Shown piece after piece: positions 28,200 to 37,635 of a stretch of 64,000 nucleotides of DNA. The notes under the pieces are model-generated. The model was given only the letters and a program-made list of their open reading frames with translations. It was not told the DNA's origin and did no database searches. The number at the start of each line of letters is the position of its first letter. The stretch's first letter is position 1. Made by a program: the position numbers and the translations under genes. Source of the stretch: a virus. Taxonomy: Duplodnaviria > Caudoviricetes. The stretch spans positions 1 through 64,000 of the IMG/VR virus record IMGVR_UViG_2974512537_000001. One strand, written 5' to 3'.

Positions 28200-29183
28200 A
28201 TGACTGAACTTAAAGAATTAAAGGGCAATCAACTTTCAGTAACTGGTACTTTAGCTGAAAAATCACTTGAATTATCAACTGACCGTGATGGTAATGAAAT
28301 TATTAAGGGATATATTCGTGTTCAAGTAGAACAAAACAATCGAGTAAACGTAGTTACTTTCAACGTATACAACCGCAAGTTCACTCGTAGTGGTTCTGAA
28401 AATAAATTGTTTGCTGGTTTTGTTACTGTTATGAATCAATACAAATCCTTACAGGACACTAACGGCAACAAAGACGAAGCAGACCGAGTTCAAATTATCG
28501 GTGATTTATCATACAACGTTTATTCATCTGATGGTGAAACCGTTCGTGAATCAAATCGTTTCCGTGCAACGACATGCCACCGTGTAAATGGTCAAGATTT
28601 AGAAGATGACACTTACGGTAGCATTCCGGCAGTTATTGAAAGCTATGACGAAGACCTTGACAAGGACGGAAATCCAACTGGTTTATGGAAAGTTAAAGCA
28701 TTCACTGTGGGTTATAATGGTCGAGTTGGTCGTGTAATGGACTTAAAGATTGCTAGTGAATTGGCGTCTGAAATGCAAGGTGCATTCCCAGAAGGAACTA
28801 CCGGCGTACTTTACTACAATATTTTGAACTATGTTGTCGTTAAGAAGCAAAATGTTGACAATGATGGCGGTGGTTCATTTGGTCAAATTCATGCAGTTGT
28901 TCAATCAAATTCTTATGTTCGTCAATTGTTAATCGTTGGTGGTGCACCGTTAGAAAATGATGAATTAGCACTTACGGAAGACCAAATCCAAAAGGCTCAC
29001 GAGGAATTACGCAAACAACGTACAGAAGCAATTTCACGTGCAAACAACAAGCCAACTGCCCCTGTTAAAAACACTCAACCAGTTCGTCAAGGCGGATTTG
29101 GTAGCGCAGTAAAGAACGAATCAAACCCGTTTGCTAACAGTGGTGCAGGATTAGAAATTTCTGACGATGACTTGCCATTCTAA
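28200..29183 (+). CDS. ssb: single-stranded DNA-binding protein (two OB-like folds)
   Basis: Acidic C-terminal tail ISDDDLPF; position before AAA ATPase as in SPbeta-like modules. Confidence 0.75.
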   Translation: MTELKELKGNQLSVTGTLAEKSLELSTDRDGNEIIKGYIRVQVEQNNRVNVVTFNVYNRKFTRSGSENKLFAGFVTVMNQYKSLQDTNGNKDEADRVQIIGDLSYNVYSSDGETVRESNRFRATTCHRVNGQDLEDDTYGSIPAVIESYDEDLDKDGNPTGLWKVKAFTVGYNGRVGRVMDLKIASELASEMQGAFPEGTTGVLYYNILNYVVVKKQNVDNDGGGSFGQIHAVVQSNSYVRQLLIVGGAPLENDELALTEDQIQKAHEELRKQRTEAISRANNKPTAPVKNTQPVRQGGFGSAVKNESNPFANSGAGLEISDDDLPF

Positions 29184-29243
29184 GATTTGATTGCGATGTT
29201 AATGTCCAAGCATAGTTTTTAAAAATAGGAGGAAAACACGATA

Positions 29244-30287
29244 ATGATTGATTTAACGAAGATTGAACCTAACAAAGTTTCTACTGACCCTTCAAGTTAC
29301 AGCTTATTGCTGTACGGGCCGTCTAAGATTGGTAAGACGACCTTTGTGCAAGAACTGTTCCCTAAAGTGCTTCATATCATGACTGAAAAGCGTTACGGCG
29401 CTTTAGATGGTGCGATGGTTCAATATGTGTCTAGCTGGAGTGAATTTAAACAAGTTCTATCGCAGTTAAAGCGTAAAGAAGTTCAAGAAATGTTTGACGC
29501 CATCTCAATTGACACAATCGAAAACCTGTACCGTTATGCAGATAAATTCACGGCTTCTCAATTTGACGAATTTAGTGTTGGTGATGGTAATGTTGGATAT
29601 GGGCGTGACCATACACGCCTAAACGAAGTTTGGTTCCGTGGTTTGAAAGAATTAGAATCATTACCTTACACGAATATCTTTGTTTCGCACTCAATTGAAA
29701 AGATTGTAAAAATGCCGTATATCAACTCTGCTGAATTTAATTCAATTCCTGACGCTGTCGTATCACAAGAAAGCGATGGAACAGAAATGGTTGAATTTAC
29801 AAAGATTGTTCCTGACTTGAAAGAAAAAGCATTGGGGCCGGTTACTAAGATGGTTGATAACGTATTGTACGCTGAAAACAACTTAGTAAACGGTAAAGAA
29901 CAACGGGTATTACACTTACGTGGAACGCTTCAATATGAAGCTGGTACAACATTCAAAGGTGTTAAACCGATTATTCCATTCACTGCCGAATCGTATAAAG
30001 AAGAAGTTAAACGGGTTCTCGGTGGCAACTATGAAAAGACAACTGACAAGAAAGTCTTACACGCTGACACCAAGGACGTTGAATATGACTTTGATGACTT
30101 GCTAGAAAAGACCAAAGAAGTCGCAATCTTGTTCCAAAAGAACAACGACATTAAGACTTTGACAACAATTGTTGAAAAGACCTTAGGTAAAGGTAACAAG
30201 GTTAACGATTTAAACGAGGGTCGTGTTGAAGACCTAGCAATCATCTTGGCAGACTTGACCGAAGCCGCAGAAAAGAAAGGATATTAA
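29244..30287 (+). CDS. Sak4-like/AAA_24 ATPase (recombination/annealing)
   Basis: LYGPSKIGKTT, ISIDTI, IFVSH. Confidence 0.8.
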   Translation: MIDLTKIEPNKVSTDPSSYSLLLYGPSKIGKTTFVQELFPKVLHIMTEKRYGALDGAMVQYVSSWSEFKQVLSQLKRKEVQEMFDAISIDTIENLYRYADKFTASQFDEFSVGDGNVGYGRDHTRLNEVWFRGLKELESLPYTNIFVSHSIEKIVKMPYINSAEFNSIPDAVVSQESDGTEMVEFTKIVPDLKEKALGPVTKMVDNVLYAENNLVNGKEQRVLHLRGTLQYEAGTTFKGVKPIIPFTAESYKEEVKRVLGGNYEKTTDKKVLHADTKDVEYDFDDLLEKTKEVAILFQKNNDIKTLTTIVEKTLGKGNKVNDLNEGRVEDLAIILADLTEAAEKKGY

Positions 30288-30293
30288 AAACTA

Positions 30294-31526
30294 ATGGCAA
30301 CTTACACAGACAACAAAGGCAAAACGCATGAAATTGACGATATTGGGCTGGAAACAGCCTCTCGGTATAAGACTGAATTACAACGTGAAAACGGACGGGC
30401 TAACTGGGGCAAAGTAGCCCGTTTGTTGCGACAAGATGGTTATGACGCAAAGCAATGCGAAGGGTTGCGACAACTGGTAAAGAAATATCAACGTAGAACT
30501 GGCGTATTAAAGTCATCTAAGGAACAGCGTTCCTTGGAATTAGACCACAAACGTAATGCTCTTGATAAAGAAATTGATGAAATGTTGCTGGAAAAGCGTG
30601 AATTACAATTAATGCGGCGTGAATTTAATAAGAGTCGCCGTGACTATGCTGATATGGAATTATTCAAGCGTGACGTAAAGCGGTCATTAAAAGATGGCAT
30701 TACAGTCGTTCCTAACGAACTGGATTACCCTGTTGTAAAACCGCTAAGTGACGGAAGCGTATTAATTGTTGCGTTGTCAGACCTCCATATTGGAGCTAAA
30801 GTTGATGTAGATGGTTACAAATATGATGAAGACATTGCTAAAGATAAATTATCTGAATATGCAGACAAGGTAATTCGATATGCTAGTTTTTCTAAGTTCG
30901 GTGCGATTTACATTGAGAACTTAGGCGATTCTATCGAAGGTGCCTACATGAGAAACAATCAATCATACGAAATTACGATGAAGCTGTCTGAACAAATTAA
31001 TACGGCGATTAAATTGGTTTCAGAATTTGTTGTCAATATCGCTAAGAACACTGGCATTCCAGTTATTTATTCGGGTATCTTAGGCAATCACGACCGTGCC
31101 AACGGTAATAAAAAGGATAACTTGCCTGATGATGGCTTTTCAACAGTGCTGAATGAGGCCATTAAGCTGATTGCAGAACAAACTTCTTATGATATTACCG
31201 TAAAAGAGCCTGATAAAGTTACCGAAGACCATTTGAGTGTCAATGGAAACAATATCAAGTTCGTACACGGCGACCTTCATAACCTTGCTAAAGCTGAAAC
31301 ATTGGCAACGTCTTCACAATTCGACAGCATGTTATATGACGCAATTTTAGGTGGACACTTCCACAGTATGTCGATACGTGAGGAATCTGGGCTAGTTATT
31401 CAATCTGGTAGCGTCATTGGCCCTACGAGTTATTCAGAACGACTGCACTATCGAGCCTCACGCTCACAAGTTATGTTAGATGTAAGTAGTGATGGAACGG
31501 TTACTCCGTTACCAGTTATTTTATAA
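30294..31526 (+). CDS. calcineurin-like metallophosphoesterase with N-terminal coiled coil
   Basis: SDLHIG, LGD, GNHDR, VHGD, GHFH. Confidence 0.85.
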   Translation: MATYTDNKGKTHEIDDIGLETASRYKTELQRENGRANWGKVARLLRQDGYDAKQCEGLRQLVKKYQRRTGVLKSSKEQRSLELDHKRNALDKEIDEMLLEKRELQLMRREFNKSRRDYADMELFKRDVKRSLKDGITVVPNELDYPVVKPLSDGSVLIVALSDLHIGAKVDVDGYKYDEDIAKDKLSEYADKVIRYASFSKFGAIYIENLGDSIEGAYMRNNQSYEITMKLSEQINTAIKLVSEFVVNIAKNTGIPVIYSGILGNHDRANGNKKDNLPDDGFSTVLNEAIKLIAEQTSYDITVKEPDKVTEDHLSVNGNNIKFVHGDLHNLAKAETLATSSQFDSMLYDAILGGHFHSMSIREESGLVIQSGSVIGPTSYSERLHYRASRSQVMLDVSSDGTVTPLPVIL

Positions 31527-31565
31527 AAACTGATAGAACACAAAATAGAAAGAGGTATAAAAACT

Positions 31566-32303
31566 TTGGAAAATAAAAATTTAAGTTACAATCCAGAATC
31601 TGTTAGTCGAGTATTTAATTGGCATTGGTACAAAGACCAGATGACCGGCTGGACAAAATCCAGCTATGTCTTGCTGGTAATTGGTTGGCTGTTCCTATTA
31701 TATGTTGGTCTTGGTCATGGAATTACTGGTTTGGGAGTAACTTCAACGATTGCCGGGTTGATTGGTTTTACTTGTACGTTAAGTATCACGAATGGACGTC
31801 CTATCAACGGTGTTCTGGGCTTCGTTTCTGCGGCTATGCTGATTTACGTGGCATTAAAGACAGGGAACTTCTCTGATATTGTTATGCAAGGCTTCTATAT
31901 CTTCCTGTTGGACTTGCCGGTGCTATTTAATAAGACTTGGAATAATGGTAAAGATTTAGAACCTCGTAAGATGAACTCCAAGTTCGCTTTGCAGACAGCA
32001 TTAACTTTCGTTGGTTTCTTTATCGTGACATACGGTCTTGATACGGTTATCTTAACGAGTCCTCGTCCGTTTATTGACGCATTTGCCGCTACTATCGGTC
32101 TTACTGGGGCAATCTTAACCGTTCGCCGTTTCCGTGCTTCTTACTACTTCTGGTTTGCACAAGGTCTTAGTTCAGTCGCATTGTGGTTGGTAACTGCTAT
32201 GCAAGGAGAAGCTGTTTGGGTTCTGTTCTTTACCTACATGCTATATATTATGAACGACCTTGTAGCGTTCTTTGACAGTAAGTGGTTTGCAAAGAAAAAA
32301 TAA
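31566..32303 (+). CDS. pnuC: PnuC-family nicotinamide riboside/nucleoside transporter
   Basis: About 7 TM segments; DAFAATIGLTGAILTVRRF..SYYFWF. Confidence 0.85.
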   Translation: MENKNLSYNPESVSRVFNWHWYKDQMTGWTKSSYVLLVIGWLFLLYVGLGHGITGLGVTSTIAGLIGFTCTLSITNGRPINGVLGFVSAAMLIYVALKTGNFSDIVMQGFYIFLLDLPVLFNKTWNNGKDLEPRKMNSKFALQTALTFVGFFIVTYGLDTVILTSPRPFIDAFAATIGLTGAILTVRRFRASYYFWFAQGLSSVALWLVTAMQGEAVWVLFFTYMLYIMNDLVAFFDSKWFAKKK

Positions 32304-32381
32304 AAATTGAATAATTGTGGTTGTAAAACCTCCTTATCTGATGTATAATATAGTTACATTAAAGATGAGGAGGTTTTTTGT

Positions 32382-32897
32382 ATGGAAAAAGAAGTTTGGA
32401 AGCCAATATTGGGTTATCCTAATTATGAAGTATCTAGCCTTGGTAGGGTTAGGTCAATTACTAGAAAAGTTAAAACAAGAGGAAACGGAACCAGAACCGT
32501 CAAGTCTAAAATAATCTCACAAGACACAACTGGAAGGTATCATATGGTGACGCTATACAAAAATGGCGTGCCAAAAAATGTATCTGTTCATAGACAAGTA
32601 GCTCTGGCTTTTATTGATAACCCAGACAATAAGGAAACTGTTGACCATATTGATAGAAATAAAGATAATAACAGGGCGTCCAATCTTAGGTGGGCGAGCA
32701 GGCTAGAACAAGAGAAAAACAAGACATTCCCACAAAGAGAAATATATGCAATCAAAGATAATAGAAAAATGAAATATTCTGGGGTTAATGATTGTGCAAG
32801 AAGACTTGGACTTAGCGCCTCAAAAATAAGTGCTTGTTTGAGAGGTAGAAGAAATACACATGGTGGGTATCACTTTTGCGAGTGCAACAAGAAATAA
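32382..32897 (+). mobile_element. NUMOD4-HNH homing endonuclease
   Basis: EVWKPILGYPNYEVSSLGRVRS; VHRQVALAF...VDHIDRNKDNN..SNLRW; C-terminal HTH. Confidence 0.9.
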
Positions 32898-32990
32898 AAA
32901 TAATTTAATTATGGGCTTGACTATAAGCACAAATCATGATATAATTACAGATGTAATAAGGATTTGAAAAAGAAAGGAAAAGTGATTGTG

Positions 32991-33332
32991 ATGGGTAATG
33001 AAGAAGAATATATTAGAGAGCTAGAACAACAGGTTGATGACCTTGAAGCTGAAAATGATTCACTTGGCACTGAGCTTGATAATAGCGAGATTGATAACCA
33101 AGAATTATCACGAGAATATGATTCTCTTGAACAAGACTATGATGATTTGTATAAGGAAAACGTCAAATTAAGAGAAAGGCTTGAAAACTCTAATGTACCT
33201 GAAATTATCAATGATATTCATTCCATGATTGGTAATGGTATTTCTTACACAGAATTTAAGAAGATTGCAGATATGTTGTCAATTAAGTATTCTATTAAGG
33301 AGCCAATATTTGGTTTAGATTATGGTGAATAA
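32991..33332 (+). CDS. acidic coiled-coil protein (paralog 1)
   Basis: Heptad repeats; tail IGNGI...FK.IADML...YSIK.PI.GLDY. Confidence 0.8.
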   Translation: MGNEEEYIRELEQQVDDLEAENDSLGTELDNSEIDNQELSREYDSLEQDYDDLYKENVKLRERLENSNVPEIINDIHSMIGNGISYTEFKKIADMLSIKYSIKEPIFGLDYGE

Positions 33333-33403
33333 TACAGACGTTAACCGTGTTAAAATGTATTCGCAATGAGGATAATGTTTGAAAAGAAAGGAAAGTGTTA
33401 AAA

Positions 33404-33754
33404 ATGACCGATAAAGAGCGAATTGTAAAGTTGGAACGCCAATTGGCTGACGCTACTGCTGACATTAAAATTTTAGAGGAAGAAAATGAAAGCCTCCAAA
33501 ACGAAGTTGAAGACGTTGAAAAAGACAATCAAGCGTTGAGCGTCTGTTATGAACTTCTGGGGCAAGACTATGACGACTTATACCGTGAATACGATGAATT
33601 AGCTAACGGTGATAATCGCACTGTACATGTAATTATTGATAAGATTCATGAACTAATTGGTAATGGTATTACGGCAGGTGATTTCAAACGTATTGCCGAT
33701 ATGCTGGCAACCGAATATTCTATTAAGGGGCCTATCTGCGGCCTAGATTATTAA
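33404..33754 (+). CDS. acidic coiled-coil protein (paralog 2)
   Basis: Same tail. Confidence 0.8.
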   Translation: MTDKERIVKLERQLADATADIKILEEENESLQNEVEDVEKDNQALSVCYELLGQDYDDLYREYDELANGDNRTVHVIIDKIHELIGNGITAGDFKRIADMLATEYSIKGPICGLDY

Positions 33755-33767
33755 AGAGGTGGCTGAC

Positions 33768-33926
33768 ATGGAAGACAGTAGGTTGGAATTAGCTCAACAG
33801 CTATGGTATTATCAAGACAGAGTTGCTGAACTAGAGGAACAATTAGATGAGCTTAAACTAGAAAACGATGACTTGCGTTATGAATTGTATGAATTAATGA
33901 AAGGTGATAAAAATGGAAAAAAATAA
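33768..33926 (+). CDS. 52-aa coiled-coil protein
   Basis: Manual translation MEDSRLELAQQLW...; RBS AGAGG. Confidence 0.65.
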   Translation: MEDSRLELAQQLWYYQDRVAELEEQLDELKLENDDLRYELYELMKGDKNGKK

Positions 33927-34230
33927 AAAACAGATTCGAGTAGATTTATATACTAAGAAAAACTGCGGTCAATGTCGAATGACAAAGAAACTTCTCGACC
34001 ACTACGATATTGCTTACTTTGAAACCGACATTTCAGCCTTGTCAGAAGATGAAATTAACAACTTAAAGGACGAGGGATTCTGGCAGGCTCCTATTGTTTC
34101 ATTTCGTTATTTGGAAACTGGCAAGAGTGCTCGGTGGTCACAGACTGGTATGTGGGGAGGCTTCCAACCAGACGCAATTAAAAAGTTAGCAGTCCTATAT
34201 GGTACTAAACGTAATAAGGCGGTGGAATAA
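33913..34230 (+). CDS. nrdH: NrdH-like glutaredoxin
   Basis: LYTKKNCGQC...TK...QAPIV...WGGFQPD. Confidence 0.85.
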   Translation: MEKNKKQIRVDLYTKKNCGQCRMTKKLLDHYDIAYFETDISALSEDEINNLKDEGFWQAPIVSFRYLETGKSARWSQTGMWGGFQPDAIKKLAVLYGTKRNKAVE

Positions 34231-34232
34231 TA

Positions 34233-34562
34233 ATGAGCGTGAAAGATTATTTGTTAGATAATTTTGATGATATTGCCGGCGATGGCGACTTTGTTGTTGT
34301 GTTAAACAAGCCGGGATATAACAAACTAATTTCTGTAATCATTGCCAAACAAGACGCCGATACGTTTATGAAAGACATTGAGGATTTTACAGACGATGAT
34401 TTGGTCTTCAATGATAATACGGCACTTCTGGCGATTGCACGGCTGACAGATGGTAGTTCGTCAGTTGATTCTATTACTGACGATTATCAAGATTTCATTG
34501 AATATGGAACGTTGCCATCAATTTACGCCTTGATGAAGTTCAGCGAAGATTTTGGAAATTGA
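34233..34562 (+). CDS. acidic hypothetical protein
   Basis: ORF in operon. Confidence 0.75.
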   Translation: MSVKDYLLDNFDDIAGDGDFVVVLNKPGYNKLISVIIAKQDADTFMKDIEDFTDDDLVFNDNTALLAIARLTDGSSSVDSITDDYQDFIEYGTLPSIYALMKFSEDFGN

Positions 34563-34581
34563 GATAAAATAGGGGGTAGCA

Positions 34582-35196
34582 ATGAATAAAAAGAAGTTAT
34601 TACTTGGAGCACTTATGATTTCGCTTGCAGTTGTTTTAGGAGGCTGTCAATTTGCAGATAGCTGGTTATCGGACTTTAAGCAACAAACCTATGGATTGCC
34701 TATGACGGTACAAACATATGACTACAATGCACAAAAAATTGACACTATACACGGGAAATCATTGTCGATTGCACGAGATAAAGAGTTTGACCAAGTAAAT
34801 GAAAATGGCGAAACATCTAAGGCTTCATCTGTGCTTAATATTACATTAGGCGGAAAACAAATCACTCACGTAGGCAGTAGTTTAATCGCCTACCAAGATG
34901 GATTGACTAACGTACTTGACAAATATCCAAAGCGATATAACGTTACTAACAATAATAGTTCAGTTCCGTTTATGAACCGCTTTGTAAACAAGTATCAGAA
35001 CTATTTTACAGGTTCTAGTAAGGTTGTTCTTATTCGCTCACAAGCCGGCCAGCCAATTGCTACTTTCGCTGGTGATACAGTTAGTTATAAGTCAACAGAG
35101 GTTCCTAGTAGCACGTCACTTTTGATTGATGGCAAGCGACTATTTATCTACCGTTGCGATTATACTATCTACACAACCAACACATTACTAAAGTAA
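34582..35196 (+). CDS. lipoprotein, DUF5052-like
   Basis: Lipobox LGGC; SSVLNIT.GGKQI.HVGSSLI; LLIDGKRLFIYRCDYTIY. Confidence 0.75.
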   Translation: MNKKKLLLGALMISLAVVLGGCQFADSWLSDFKQQTYGLPMTVQTYDYNAQKIDTIHGKSLSIARDKEFDQVNENGETSKASSVLNITLGGKQITHVGSSLIAYQDGLTNVLDKYPKRYNVTNNNSSVPFMNRFVNKYQNYFTGSSKVVLIRSQAGQPIATFAGDTVSYKSTEVPSSTSLLIDGKRLFIYRCDYTIYTTNTLLK

Positions 35197-35262
35197 CTGG
35201 TCATCAACAGGAATGCGAATAAGGCAGAACACGGACAAACTTAGTAAACAGGAGGAAATACA

Positions 35263-35457
35263 ATGTACCAATACAAAGATGGGCCTTTGGGTATCACGAT
35301 TATTTTAGGACACGTTACTAGTGTCTTCTATAATAAATTTGCAGATACATTTGATGTTTATTTAACGGATAATGACGAACCAAATGAAATTCCAAATAAG
35401 TTTTATGACGACTTTATGAATAATCTTAATTTATATATTCAAAGTCAGGTCAAGTAA
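35263..35457 (+). CDS. hypothetical protein
   Basis: RBS AGGAGG. Confidence 0.75.
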   Translation: MYQYKDGPLGITIILGHVTSVFYNKFADTFDVYLTDNDEPNEIPNKFYDDFMNNLNLYIQSQVK

Positions 35458-35476
35458 AAGGAAAGAGGCAATTAAT

Positions 35477-35716
35477 ATGGTTAATAAAGATGAAGCATGT
35501 ATGGCTATGCCGGACACCGAGCATTCAGACCGTGAAAAGTTAGCTCGTAGCCGTGAAATTAGACATAATAAACAAGACGAAGTTCTATCTAAGATGGGCT
35601 ACACTTGGAACTCGAACGTTAAGGCTTGGTGGTCAGACAACTTAGAGTCATTACCGCTACTTAAAGATAGCGAAGCACGTGCTCTAGCAGATGAAATTAT
35701 TGATTTTGTAATTTGA
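35477..35716 (+). CDS. hypothetical protein
   Basis: ORF with RBS. Confidence 0.7.
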   Translation: MVNKDEACMAMPDTEHSDREKLARSREIRHNKQDEVLSKMGYTWNSNVKAWWSDNLESLPLLKDSEARALADEIIDFVI

Positions 35717-35808
35717 TAACTATAAAGCTTGACAAAGCATATCAGAAATGGTATGCTTTTTACATAGAAAGAAGGAATAAAAATGAAAATGTTTGGTGGT
35801 TATGAACA

Positions 35809-35997
35809 GTGAACTGGTTTAATAGAAATAAAAAATGCCCGTATTGCACTCAAACAATGCCTTTCATGAATAGAAAAGGGGTTGAGTTGAGAATTGTATA
35901 TGGGAACAAACTATTTACAAGTGACGAAAGTAAGCAGGTTAATATCACTATTAACTATTGCCCGATGTGTGGCAGAAAGCTGAGAGGGGTTAAATGA
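35809..35997 (+). CDS. zinc-ribbon protein
   Basis: CPYC...CPMCGRKL. Confidence 0.7.
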   Translation: MNWFNRNKKCPYCTQTMPFMNRKGVELRIVYGNKLFTSDESKQVNITINYCPMCGRKLRGVK

Positions 35998-36003
35998 TGG
36001 AAA

Positions 36004-36264
36004 ATGAAATCTATATTTTGGATAGGAAGTGAAATCATGGAGCCGTTTACCACAGCATGGTATTTAGTGTTACTAGGAGTGTTTGTTGCATTCGTGTTGG
36101 TTGTCATTATTTCCATTGGAATTATGACATCGGAAACAGAAGACGGCGAGCCACTATTCCTAGCTGGGTATTTGTTATTGTTTAGCCTTGGAGCGATTTT
36201 GGGCTGGGGCGTAGCCGGAGGATTATTAGCTATGTTTGAACATTTTATACTACGCATGGTATAA
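36004..36264 (+). CDS. small membrane protein
   Basis: Two TM segments. Confidence 0.7.
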   Translation: MKSIFWIGSEIMEPFTTAWYLVLLGVFVAFVLVVIISIGIMTSETEDGEPLFLAGYLLLFSLGAILGWGVAGGLLAMFEHFILRMV

Positions 36265-36281
36265 AAAATGTATTTTTTAGC

Positions 36282-36310
36282 TTGACAAAAACTGTTTCTG
36301 GACGTATAAT
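36282..36310 (+). promoter_or_regulatory. perfect sigma-A promoter of the mazF operon
   Basis: TTGACA-17-TATAAT. Confidence 0.9.
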
Positions 36311-36343
36311 GTAATTACAAAATATCAAGGAGGAATTATTACG

Positions 36344-36706
36344 ATGTTAGTAAATAATGAGAGAATTGAACGAGGAAATGTATACTACGCAGATTTGGGC
36401 GAACGGCAAAACAGCCGTGACGCTGTACAGAGAGGACGCCGCCCCGTGTTGGTTGTGTCAAATAACTTGGCAAACAAATACTCACCAGCAATTACGATTG
36501 TGCCGTTGACTACTCGCAACAAGCACCATTTACCAACTCATGTCGAATTTGAATTACCAAATCACGGTGAAATGGTTTCAAACACGGCGCTTTGTGAGCA
36601 AGTTAGAACGATTAATGTTGACCAATTATATTTCAAGATTGGTGTTTTGGACGATGATATTATGAAAGAAGTCAATAAGTGTTTGGGGGTGGCATTATCG
36701 CTGTGA
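36344..36706 (+). CDS. mazF: MazF/PemK family endoribonuclease
   Basis: RGNVYYADLG...GRRPVLVVSN...VPLTT...LPTHVE...ALCEQVRTI; catalytic Arg and Thr retained. Confidence 0.92.
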   Translation: MLVNNERIERGNVYYADLGERQNSRDAVQRGRRPVLVVSNNLANKYSPAITIVPLTTRNKHHLPTHVEFELPNHGEMVSNTALCEQVRTINVDQLYFKIGVLDDDIMKEVNKCLGVALSL

Positions 36707-37032
36707 AAGTTTATCTTACTTATTATAAAGCAAGTGATGGTGTTAGAGTTGCATATGCCTGTGCGGGCGATTACTGGGTGAACTTCTATTTTCGGAGATT
36801 CGATAAGAGCAACACTGAAAAAGATGTCCTTAATTATATCATGAGCTTTGCAGACAAGAGTAATGAGAAAGTCTTCATCATCTCAAATAATCAAAAGATG
36901 ATTAGAATTATGCAGAAAATGGAAGATACAGACAACGTGTCATTCATTGGTAGATATGAAAGCGAACAGACGCGTGACATTTTCGTCAAGCTTCAAGTAG
37001 CACTGACAAAAAAGGAGAATTATAATGATTAA
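36703..37032 (+). CDS. hypothetical protein coupled to mazF (possible degenerate RNase H-like fold)
   Basis: GTGA overlap with mazF stop; KVFIISNNQ.MI pattern; fold call is weak. Confidence 0.6.
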   Translation: MKVYLTYYKASDGVRVAYACAGDYWVNFYFRRFDKSNTEKDVLNYIMSFADKSNEKVFIISNNQKMIRIMQKMEDTDNVSFIGRYESEQTRDIFVKLQVALTKKENYND

Positions 37033-37558
37033 TCGGAACGAAATCTTGGCTTATTCCAGAAGTGAGCATTTTAAGAAAAGAGCACGTCAGAGATTTGGGA
37101 TTTCCAAGTCGCTTATGCAACCTTGGTTGCTTAATATTGTTTCCCACGGTATTTTCAGCAAGACGAATCAAGACGGTATTTGGTTCTTAGACGTTGATGA
37201 AATTCGTGTCGTGGTTGACGTTCACAACAGAAGCGTAGTTACCACATACTCGCTTCACGATATTGTATGGATTTCTAAACGGGCCGGCGATGAGCTAATA
37301 AATAAGGGGGTGATTGATGAAGTCATTGATGGACTAACTGGGGCATTCGATGGTATGCTTCGTAAACAAAATAAGAAAATCAATAGTATCATTAAAGCAT
37401 TAGATGAACTTCAAGATGTTCATAATGTCACTAAGCGCAAAGATTATTACCTAGAGCAAGAAGATAAGATTTGTGAAATTGAAAAAGCATTAACTGCTGA
37501 ATTGAATAACAAGCGAGAATTAATTAAAATTCAAGCAAATGTACTTTGTAAAGAATAA
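37025..37558 (+). CDS. DUF4258/BECR-like N-terminal domain plus coiled coil
   Basis: SEHFKKRARQRFGI...IRVVVD...VVTTY. Confidence 0.55.
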   Translation: MINRNEILAYSRSEHFKKRARQRFGISKSLMQPWLLNIVSHGIFSKTNQDGIWFLDVDEIRVVVDVHNRSVVTTYSLHDIVWISKRAGDELINKGVIDEVIDGLTGAFDGMLRKQNKKINSIIKALDELQDVHNVTKRKDYYLEQEDKICEIEKALTAELNNKRELIKIQANVLCKE

Positions 37559-37635
37559 GTAATTCCGCTGTAACGGTTTTGAAACAATTATATGTTATAA
37601 TATGGTTATCAAATAAAGAAAGAGGTTTTTTATTT

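Noticed and set aside
35729-35766. Hairpin followed by TACATA as a fifth hairpin-GUACAUA element
   Set aside because: It has a U tract and overlaps TTGACA-17-TATGCT, so it is best read as a terminator fused to a promoter; it lacks the G of the motif
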